From NCBI GenBank assembly GCA_041691295.1, contig JBEPVA010000003.1:1-51903 (forward strand): DNA of 51,903 nucleotides, written 5' to 3'. The stretch is from Gemmatimonadota bacterium (GTDB taxonomy: Bacteria > Gemmatimonadota > Gemmatimonadetes > Gemmatimonadales > GWC2-71-9). The position numbers and the translations under genes are program-made. Positions 35,857 to 43,109 of this stretch are shown piece by piece (within the stretch, counting starts at the first letter, position 1; the number at the start of each line of letters is the position of its first letter). A model generated the notes under the pieces. The model made no database searches. It was not told where the DNA came from and saw nothing but the letters and a program-made list of their open reading frames with translations.

Positions 35857-36033
35857 ATGGCCAAGGCGAAGAAGAGCAGCAGATCCAAGGATTTGGAGAG
35901 AGTCAAGACCGTTTCATCAGATCAGGCCAGATCCGTACGGGGCGGCGACAAAGCCGTCGTTCACAGGGTGGGGGGCAAGTCGCAGCTGGAGTACGTCCGG
36001 GTGGTCATGAAGGAAGTGATCATCACCAGCTGA
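35857..36033 (+). CDS. Minigene G, 58 aa: MAKAKKSSRSKDLERVKTVSSDQARSVRGG leader plus core DKAVVHRVGGKSQLEYVRVVMKEVIITS
   Basis: GGAGG lies 5 nt upstream of the ATG at 35857, which is internal to track ORF 35800..36033. The core closely resembles the Hcp segment KAGGENQVEYLIITLKEVLVSS. Confidence 0.65.
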   Translation: MAKAKKSSRSKDLERVKTVSSDQARSVRGGDKAVVHRVGGKSQLEYVRVVMKEVIITS

Positions 36034-36165
36034 TTGCACTGAAGGGGTTCAGGCTCTTGCGCTGATGTGAGGGCCCCGTGATTCCGACGCCCCCTCCCGT
36101 TTTTCAGGTTGGGGGCTTCGTCTTTCTGGTGACGCCCGCCGGCGGACCGGCGATTAGCTTGGGAC

Positions 36166-37629
36166 ATGCCCTCCCACATCACCAAGCAGTCGTTCCTCGC
36201 GGCCCTGCGCTGCCCCACGATGGGTTGGCGGGTGCTCCGTGAAGAGGGGGAATCGATGACTCCAGCCCTCGAGTGGCGCTTCTGGGTCGGGAACGAGGTG
36301 GGTCGGGCCGCTCGGGCTCAACTGGGCACTGGCCTGCTCTTGCCGTGGCAGCCTTCAGAAGTTGGCGTCCGGGAAACCCACAAGGCGCTCGCCGATTCCA
36401 GCGTCCAACTGATGTTCGAACCGACCTTCAGCCATGGCCCCTTTACCGCGCGGGCGGACGCCATCCGTCGTACCGCCTCCGGCCTGGAGCTGATCGAGGT
36501 CAAGTCGGGTAAAGCCGCCGAAGAGGGAGAAGCAGTCAAGCGAGACTACCTCGATGACCTGGCCTACACCGCGTTCGTGGCTGGCGAAGCGGGAGTCACC
36601 GCCACCCGCTTCCTCCTGATGCTGATCAATCGGGACTACCGGCTCGGCGGTACCGCGCCGTTGATGACCGAGATCGACGTCACCGAGCAGATCCTGCCGC
36701 TGGTCGAACTGTTCCGGAACAACGCGCCGGAAATCGCCGACGCATTGCTGGCCGACGTCGAACCGAATCCGGAACTCAAGTTCGTCTGCCGGGAGTGCCC
36801 GTATTTCGAGAAGGATTGCGTCGGGTTCGGCATCCCCGATCCGCTGTTCTTCATCCCCCGGCTGCAGCAGAAGCGGTTCGATGGGCTCAAGCAGTTTGCC
36901 AGGATCTCGGCCATCCCGCCGAGCGAGAAGCTGACCGAGATCCAGGAACGGGTGGCCCGAGTCATCCGCAGCGGTCAGGCGGAAGCAGACCATGCCGGCC
37001 TCGCGCCGCTGCATTCGCTGGCCTGGCCCATCTTCTATCTGGACTTCGAAGGGGTCAATCCGGCGCTGCCCTGGTTTCCCGATGCGGCACCGTATCAGTC
37101 GATGCCGTTCCAGTATTCGCTGCATCGGATCGACGGCCCGGAGCAACTGGTTATCCATTCGTCATACCTGGCGGCACCGATCGGCGACTGGCGCCACGAC
37201 CTCTGCGCGCAGCTGCTGGACGATCTGGGGGACCGCGGCAGCATCGTGGTGTATTCCAACTACGAGAAGACGGCGCTCAACTACCTGGCCCGGATGCTGC
37301 CGGATCAGGCGACGCGAATTGCCGCCGTGATTGACCGGCTGTTTGACCTGGAGACGATGATCAAGAACGGCTACTGCCATCCCGGTTTCCGGGGCCGTTC
37401 CAGCATCAAGAATGTGCTACCGGTGATGGTCCAGGGTCCCGGGTACGCCGATCTGGCTATCCAGGGTGGCGAGAGCGCCTCGGCGATCTTTGCCCTGATG
37501 CGGGTTGGGAAGTATGACGGAACCCCGACCTCGAAGTATCGCCAGCAGCTGCTCGACTACTGCGCGCTCGACACCCTGGCAATGGTCAAGGTGCATGAGG
37601 CGTTGCTGGACATAAGTCGTAAGCCGTAA
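36166..37629 (+). CDS. DUF2779 domain protein (PD-(D/E)xK-like N-terminus + exonuclease-like C-terminus)
   Basis: LELIEVKSGK, a CRECPYFEKDC cluster and WPIFYLDFEGVNPALPWFPDAAPYQSMPFQYSLH. Confidence 0.75.
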   Translation: MPSHITKQSFLAALRCPTMGWRVLREEGESMTPALEWRFWVGNEVGRAARAQLGTGLLLPWQPSEVGVRETHKALADSSVQLMFEPTFSHGPFTARADAIRRTASGLELIEVKSGKAAEEGEAVKRDYLDDLAYTAFVAGEAGVTATRFLLMLINRDYRLGGTAPLMTEIDVTEQILPLVELFRNNAPEIADALLADVEPNPELKFVCRECPYFEKDCVGFGIPDPLFFIPRLQQKRFDGLKQFARISAIPPSEKLTEIQERVARVIRSGQAEADHAGLAPLHSLAWPIFYLDFEGVNPALPWFPDAAPYQSMPFQYSLHRIDGPEQLVIHSSYLAAPIGDWRHDLCAQLLDDLGDRGSIVVYSNYEKTALNYLARMLPDQATRIAAVIDRLFDLETMIKNGYCHPGFRGRSSIKNVLPVMVQGPGYADLAIQGGESASAIFALMRVGKYDGTPTSKYRQQLLDYCALDTLAMVKVHEALLDISRKP

Positions 37630-37648
37630 GTCGTTGGTCGTTGGTCGT
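37614..37648. repeat. Tandem heptamer array of 5 units overlapping the DUF2779 stop
   Basis: Units are aagtcgt aagccgt aagtcgt tggtcgt tggtcgt. Confidence 0.75.
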
Positions 37649-37669
37649 TAATGATTCGGGGGGCAGCCC

Positions 37670-38788
37670 ATGATTCTCGCTGTGACGATCGCCACCGCCC
37701 TGCTTACCTCACCTCGGCCACTCCCCGCTCATGCCGGTGCTGCGGTCTGGTTCGAGCTGGGTCATCGGGTGGTTGCCAGGATTGCGGAAGGACGGCTCAC
37801 ACCGCAGGCCGCGGCCGCCGTACGCGATCTCCTGGCCGGTGAATCGATGGCGGATGCCTCGGTCTGGGCCGATGAGATCCGCGGTCGGCGCCGGGAAACC
37901 GCCAGTCAGCACTTCGTCAACATCCCGCTGGCTGTCACGCAATACGACTCCACCACCCAATGCCCCGGCGGCGCCTGTATCATCGCGGCGATCGAGTCCG
38001 ACCGCCGCCTCCTGGCTGATCCGGCGGCAACCGAGAACCAGCGTGCCGAGGCGCTCCGGTTCCTGATTCATTTCATCGGGGACCTGCACCAGCCATTGCA
38101 TGTGTCGGATCACGGTGACCGCGGCGGGAACGACCTGCAGGTCCAATTCTTCGGGACACCCGACAACCTGCACAAGGTGTGGGACGGTGAGCTGATCGAA
38201 CGGGCGGGCCTCGACGAGAACGCCTACTTCGACCGTTTGCAGCGCCAGATGAATTCCCTGCCGCTCGACAGCCTGAGTGGCGGCACGGTCATCGACTGGG
38301 CTATGGAGGGCCACCGGATCGCGGCGGAGCAGGTCTATCGCCTGCCGGTGGGCGGAAATATCGCCGACCAGTATGAAAACGCCGAGTTACCGGTGGTGGA
38401 CCTGGCGATCATCAAGGCGGGAGTCCGATTGGCGCGAGTGCTCAACGAGGCGCTGGCCAGCTACACCCCACCGGCGCGGGCGGCTTCACTGGGCGCAGGG
38501 ATCTATTCGGACCGGGAGGCCGCAGGGCACGATGGGGAACAGGCAACGGTGGTCGGCATCGTGGTGACTGTGTACCACACCGGGTCCGGCAACAGCTATC
38601 TCAACTTCGGCGGAGACTATCCTCATCAAACCTTCAGCGGTTTCGTCGAACACCCCACCGACCCAGCGCTCCGCGGCCTGGACAGTCTGGCCGGGAAGCG
38701 CATCAGCATCCAGGGCGTGATCAAGCGATATAACGGCACTCCGGAAATCCGGGTCACCAGCCGGAATCAGATCACCGAACGCCCCTGA
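37670..38788 (+). CDS. S1/P1-family nuclease with a C-terminal OB-fold-like domain
   Basis: WFELGHRVVARIAE, ADASVWADEIR, LRFLIHFIGDLHQPLHV and NLHKVWDG. C-terminus VVGIVVTVYHTGSGNSYLNFGG...ISIQGVIKRYNGTPEIRV. Confidence 0.9.
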   Translation: MILAVTIATALLTSPRPLPAHAGAAVWFELGHRVVARIAEGRLTPQAAAAVRDLLAGESMADASVWADEIRGRRRETASQHFVNIPLAVTQYDSTTQCPGGACIIAAIESDRRLLADPAATENQRAEALRFLIHFIGDLHQPLHVSDHGDRGGNDLQVQFFGTPDNLHKVWDGELIERAGLDENAYFDRLQRQMNSLPLDSLSGGTVIDWAMEGHRIAAEQVYRLPVGGNIADQYENAELPVVDLAIIKAGVRLARVLNEALASYTPPARAASLGAGIYSDREAAGHDGEQATVVGIVVTVYHTGSGNSYLNFGGDYPHQTFSGFVEHPTDPALRGLDSLAGKRISIQGVIKRYNGTPEIRVTSRNQITERP

Positions 38789-38789
38789 C

Positions 38790-39044
38790 TCAGCCCTGCT
38801 CCTTGGTCTTCAGCTGGGCATCATTCTCGGCCAGAAAGGCCCGGATCTGGTCTTCCATGTCGAGCAGCTTGGTCCACTGCTCCTTGTACAGGGTCACCGG
38901 AAAGCGGCCGAGTCCGTAGACTGACAGCCCGCCCTTCTCGCTGACCTTGAGTGAGGTGCCCTTGGCGGCGCCCTTCTTGAGGGACGCATTCTCCAGCCGC
39001 AACTTTTCCAGCTCTGCCTTCATATCTTCGTCTGACACTGGCAA
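38790..39044 (-). CDS. Small conserved-looking hypothetical protein of 84 aa
   Basis: DMKAELEKLRLENASLKK...SLKVSEKGGLSVYGLGRFPVTLYKEQWTKLLDMEDQIRAFL. The composition is not GC-shadow-like. Confidence 0.65.
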   Translation of the reverse strand: MPVSDEDMKAELEKLRLENASLKKGAAKGTSLKVSEKGGLSVYGLGRFPVTLYKEQWTKLLDMEDQIRAFLAENDAQLKTKEQG

Positions 39045-39054
39045 CCTCGTTGAA

Positions 39055-39152
39055 AAGTCGTTGGTGGTTGGTCACGGGACGAAAGGCGACCCTGTTCGAT
39101 GAAACTCAGGGGAGTTTCAACCCGCGTCCCGCTCGTCTCTCGTCTCTCATCT
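39055..39152. repeat. Heptamer arrays flanking a short core
   Basis: aagtcgt tggtggt tggtcac at 39055-39075, and cgtcccg ctcgtct ctcgtct ctcatct at 39125-39152 abutting the stop of the 39153..40547 gene. Confidence 0.7.
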
Positions 39153-40547
39153 CTACCACGTCACTCCCTTGAGCAGATCTTCGGTCGGCACTTCCTCGAA
39201 ATGCGGATCGTTGTGGATCAACGACTGGGCGTACGCATTGCTCACCGTGCCCTGCGCCCCGGTCCTGGTATCAGTGATGGCGGTGCGGTCGAGCAGGTAG
39301 TTGTCGAACGCCTGATTGCGCTTGCCTTGTGAATCGCCAGCAGCGGCCCGGTCCGCGCTGGCCTGATCCAGCGACTTCATATGCGCGTCGAAGGCCTGGT
39401 TGCGGGCCTGGTTGAGCTGCTGGCTGGCATCAAAGGCGGCCTTCTGACGCGCCAGTGCGGCCTGATCCTGACCCTGCATGGCCTGGCCGTTCTGCCGGAA
39501 GCTGTACCGGATCGCCTTCATGGTGGCCTGATACTTCGGCATTTCACCCCTCGGAACGATGAAGGCGAACACCACCAGCCCCCAGTTGCCCTGCTGGTCG
39601 GGCTTGCCCATCTCATACTCGTGCACCGTGATGTCCCGCACGCCCTGGCCGTCGTGCAGATCGACGTCGCCGTTGAGCACGGCGAAGGGAAACCCGTCCG
39701 GCCCCTTCTGCTGGTCCACACTGGCGATGTTGATGGCGGGCGGCTCGCGATGCTGCTTCTGGGCCATCTGATTGACCGCCGACAGGTACGATTGCGTAGG
39801 GTCCATGCCGTACTGGACGGCGACCATACTGCCCGGCATTCCCATGGTCCGTATCATCTGTTGGGCCGCGGGATAGCGCGGATCCACGGCGTTAAAGGTT
39901 CGGGACAACACCACCTGTTCACCCCGGGGCCCCCGGGCAATGGCCCCGCCATGGGCGGACTCCACGATGCGCCATCCGGCCGGCAGGCCGACGCTACCGG
40001 TGCCGTCGGGAAATGGAGTGAACTGCAGCGGTTCCGCCGTCCCGGTGGCCGCCATTGCAGGCGCCCTGGGCGCCGCACCCGTGGCCTGCTTTACTGACGC
40101 GGGATTCTCCGCCGCCGGCGATCCGCCAGTGATGCCATTCAGCCGATGCAGCATCTGGCCAGCGGTGGTCGGGAAACGCTTCGAGATATCGTAGATCACC
40201 GCCGCGGTGCCGTGGCCCCCTTTGGGCTCGGAGAGAATAATCATCCCTGATACCGGACCGCCGCCCGGCGCGCCGGTCCTGGTGTCCCAGAACGCCGCCA
40301 GCGATTCGCCCGTCTTATTGCGCAGCACCCGCCCCACCTTTGGCGAATCACCGAATTTCTGGTGGATCCGGCCCAGCATATCCGCGATCACCGCCCGCTC
40401 CGACGCCCCCTCGGCGATCGGGCCGTAGACGTACTGACCGCCGCCGGGATTGTCGACCATGGTGATCGACCCCTGGGCTGCCGCCGCAGCCGGTATCAGC
40501 AGGCCGAGCCAGAGTCCTGCGGCATATCGGATGGAGTGCTGGCGCAC
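39153..40547 (-). CDS. Secreted hypothetical protein of 464 aa
   Basis: GTG start and signal peptide (AAGLWLGLLIPAAAAAQG). Plausible globular composition. No family recognised. Confidence 0.7.
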   Translation of the reverse strand: MRQHSIRYAAGLWLGLLIPAAAAAQGSITMVDNPGGGQYVYGPIAEGASERAVIADMLGRIHQKFGDSPKVGRVLRNKTGESLAAFWDTRTGAPGGGPVSGMIILSEPKGGHGTAAVIYDISKRFPTTAGQMLHRLNGITGGSPAAENPASVKQATGAAPRAPAMAATGTAEPLQFTPFPDGTGSVGLPAGWRIVESAHGGAIARGPRGEQVVLSRTFNAVDPRYPAAQQMIRTMGMPGSMVAVQYGMDPTQSYLSAVNQMAQKQHREPPAINIASVDQQKGPDGFPFAVLNGDVDLHDGQGVRDITVHEYEMGKPDQQGNWGLVVFAFIVPRGEMPKYQATMKAIRYSFRQNGQAMQGQDQAALARQKAAFDASQQLNQARNQAFDAHMKSLDQASADRAAAGDSQGKRNQAFDNYLLDRTAITDTRTGAQGTVSNAYAQSLIHNDPHFEEVPTEDLLKGVTW

Positions 40548-40900
40548 GGGAACCTCGCGGAGGACGGATAGGGATCTGGGCCTGGGAACAGATGCAACTT
40601 AGGGACGAAGGGGCGGAAAGGGGAACCGGAAAATGGCGGCTGCGGTGTCGGAAATTGCGGCGGCGTGCCCAAGCGAGCCCCTAATCCGGACCAGCAAGAT
40701 TGCTCCGGTCGCTGCGCTTCCTCGCAATGACGTGCGGCGGAAATCAGGAGCCGGCCCCGGAGGTGCCGGCCACCTCGTCGTTGCGAGACGGCGGTGCCGC
40801 CGCCGGCGAAGCAACCGGCTCGGCCGAACGCGTAAGTAGCCTGGCGAACCCGGCGGGCAACGAAAGGTTACCGTGCACAACCGCGGCAGCCGAGTTATTC

Positions 40901-40956
40901 CTGCCTCTCAGCTCCTATCTCTTGACTCGCGTCTCTCGACTCTCTTCTCTCGACTC
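40901..40956. repeat. Degenerate heptamer array of 8 units (NNNNCTC periodicity)
   Basis: Units are ctgcctc tcagctc ctatctc ttgactc gcgtctc tcgactc tcttctc tcgactc, just outside the stop of the 40964..42103 gene. Confidence 0.7.
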
Positions 40957-40963
40957 CCACCGC

Positions 40964-42103
40964 CTACGGCTTAAGGCTCACCTGCACCCCCGCCCCCAGC
41001 CAGCACACGACTCCGCCGCCCACCACCCAGTTCCGCCACCCCTGCGTCGAGCCGAGCAGCACGGCGCTGCCGAGCAGGGTGAACTCCGACGCGGCGCGCA
41101 CGAAGGCGTGATTGTCCTGCCAGACCGGGATCCCCAGTGAAAACAGCATCAGGGCATACAACCCCCAGCTCCACGCTTCCCATCGAGACACCTGGCTCAG
41201 TCGGATCGAAGCGATCACCGTCGTGGCAAGGACGACCGTCATCACCAGCGCCAGTACCCATGGCCAGTGCCAGTGCATCAACCCACCCGGGGCCGCTCGG
41301 CCGAATCCCAGCAACGGAAATCCGATGATTCCACCCGCCGCGGCCAACGGCTGCCCCTGCCAGTTGTGCCAGAGCCATGCGTGCCAGACCAGGTAGACGG
41401 CGATGGGAAGTCCGGCGACATACCAGGTATGACGGCGCAGACGGGTTCGGTCGCCCACCAGGTCGGCGAGTCCGATGCCCACCGCCACCAGCAGCGCCGG
41501 CTCCTTGGTCAGCACCGCAAGGCTGAGCAGCAGCGCGGCGACCGGATATTTCAGCCGCCGCAGGCAGAGCAACGCGGCCAGGATCAAGGTGCACTCGACG
41601 ATTTCGGACAGGTCGCGCGAGAGGGAAGTGACAAATCCGACGTAGCAGGGAAAGATCAGTCCCCAGAGCGCATGGCGGCCGAGTGCCTGGGCATACACGC
41701 CTCCGAGCCAGCCCAGCAGGCAGATGGCAATGAAGTTGACGGACAGCATCGCGACCGGGATTAGCGGTACCCGGCCCAGCGACGCCACGCGCACCAGCAG
41801 CGGATACAGAATCCGCTGCTGCCGGTAGGCCGGCGCATCGAGCACGATCCCGGCATCGATTCGCTGGTCCGTGAACGGCGTCCGGGCCAGGCGATAGTAG
41901 TACTGACCGTCGTACCCCGGCTGGTCGTCCAGCACCGCGAACCCGGCAGGCAACGAGTCTCGATTGACCACTGGCAGTCCAGCCATGACCGGCCTGCTCG
42001 TGTTCCACTGCTCCCGGCTCTGCAGGACGAGCAGGAACGCCGCATACAGGAATGCGGTCGCGGCCAGGGTGGCCACCGGGCGGTTCAATTGACTGAATGA
42101 CAA
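40964..42103 (-). CDS. Polytopic integral membrane protein, function unknown
   Basis: About 10 hydrophobic helices. The start is uncertain (TTG at 42103). Confidence 0.65.
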   Translation of the reverse strand: MSFSQLNRPVATLAATAFLYAAFLLVLQSREQWNTSRPVMAGLPVVNRDSLPAGFAVLDDQPGYDGQYYYRLARTPFTDQRIDAGIVLDAPAYRQQRILYPLLVRVASLGRVPLIPVAMLSVNFIAICLLGWLGGVYAQALGRHALWGLIFPCYVGFVTSLSRDLSEIVECTLILAALLCLRRLKYPVAALLLSLAVLTKEPALLVAVGIGLADLVGDRTRLRRHTWYVAGLPIAVYLVWHAWLWHNWQGQPLAAAGGIIGFPLLGFGRAAPGGLMHWHWPWVLALVMTVVLATTVIASIRLSQVSRWEAWSWGLYALMLFSLGIPVWQDNHAFVRAASEFTLLGSAVLLGSTQGWRNWVVGGGVVCWLGAGVQVSLKP

Positions 42104-42208
42104 GGTGATGGCAAAGCTAGGCGAGTCAGACGGTCAGCGCGAAAATCCTGACAACATCTTGATGTCCCGCTCCCTACCTTTACGGGGTCCTCAATCGGAT
42201 CGGATCGG

Positions 42209-43045
42209 ATGGAAAAGGCGTCGCTCGACTCACGGCATGCGGGAGAGTTGCTGACCCCGCTGGCCCGGTACGGCCGGACGGCGGTGATCATGGCCGCGAT
42301 CACCGGTGCCGGACTGCTGCTCCGCGCCAGCCTCAATCCCACCGACCTTGCCATGCTGGTGCTGCTGGGCATCGTGGTGGTGGCTGCCCGCTACGGCCGA
42401 GGCCCCGCTGTGGCAGCCAGCCTGTTTGGCATTCTGGCCTACGACTTCCTCTTCGTCCCGCCGTACTACACCCTCGATGTCACGGACAAATCCTATTTCC
42501 TGACCTTTGGCGTGATGCTGGTCGTGGCGCTGACCCTGACAGGGTTGACGGCCAGGATTCGAGAGCAGGCCGAGGAGGCGCTCCTCCGGGCCGAGCGGTC
42601 GGAAGCGCTGATGGCGCTGAGCGATGAGTTCGGCGGTGGGGTGGACCGCGGAACCATTCTCGAAATCGCCGCGCGGCACATCGGACGGTCCGGGGGCGGA
42701 TCCGCCACGATCGTGCTGACCGACGAGCTCGAACTCGATCACGGCATTCCGCGCTGGCCCGAGGTCCCGGCCCTGCAGGATATCTCTACCCGGGTGGCCG
42801 CGGGCTGGAGCTGGCAGAATCGGGAGGCCGCCGGCTCCGGCACCTCCCACGGCGCCGACGCCGATGGGCTGGTGGTGCCCCTCCGCTCCTCGTCGCGGGT
42901 GTTGGGAATCGTGGTGCTCAGGCCCGAACCGTCCGACCGCCGGGTGACGGATGCCGAGCGCGCCACGGCTCAGTTGCTGGCCGATCAGACGGCGCTGGCC
43001 CTCGAGCTGGCGGCCCACCGAGCGGAGGTGGAGGACCGCGTCTAG
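42209..43045 (+). CDS. KdpD-like DUF4118 membrane module plus GAF-like domain, lacking any kinase core
   Basis: LNPTDLAMLVLLGIVVVAARYGRGPAVAASLFGILAYDFLFVPPYYTLDVTDKSYFLTFGVMLVVALTLTGLTARIREQ is a KdpD DUF4118 signature. It ends after a GAF-like region with no H-box or HATPase. Confidence 0.8.
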   Translation: MEKASLDSRHAGELLTPLARYGRTAVIMAAITGAGLLLRASLNPTDLAMLVLLGIVVVAARYGRGPAVAASLFGILAYDFLFVPPYYTLDVTDKSYFLTFGVMLVVALTLTGLTARIREQAEEALLRAERSEALMALSDEFGGGVDRGTILEIAARHIGRSGGGSATIVLTDELELDHGIPRWPEVPALQDISTRVAAGWSWQNREAAGSGTSHGADADGLVVPLRSSSRVLGIVVLRPEPSDRRVTDAERATAQLLADQTALALELAAHRAEVEDRV

Positions 43046-43109
43046 CCCCTCACTGGCACCCCCCGCCGCGAGAGTCCATCTTACTGTCCTCCCCACTCCT
43101 GGTTCCCCC

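Noticed and set aside
26823-36033. The Hcp-like pieces as remains of one decayed full-length hcp gene or a degraded T6SS locus.
   Set aside because: Each piece has its own SD/ATG and the same about 30-aa leader. The same Hcp segment is present several times in staggered form. The order is not colinear with Hcp, the N-terminal Hcp strands are never present, and no tssB/C/K/M, vgrG or clpV remnants flank them.
35472-36065. A 197-aa track ORF spanning both cluster-2 minigenes.
   Set aside because: Apart from its first about 12 codons (MGTPKDLKPRKT) it is Gly/Arg/Gln junk. It runs through both terminator-like hairpins and through the intergenic promoter region of minigene G.
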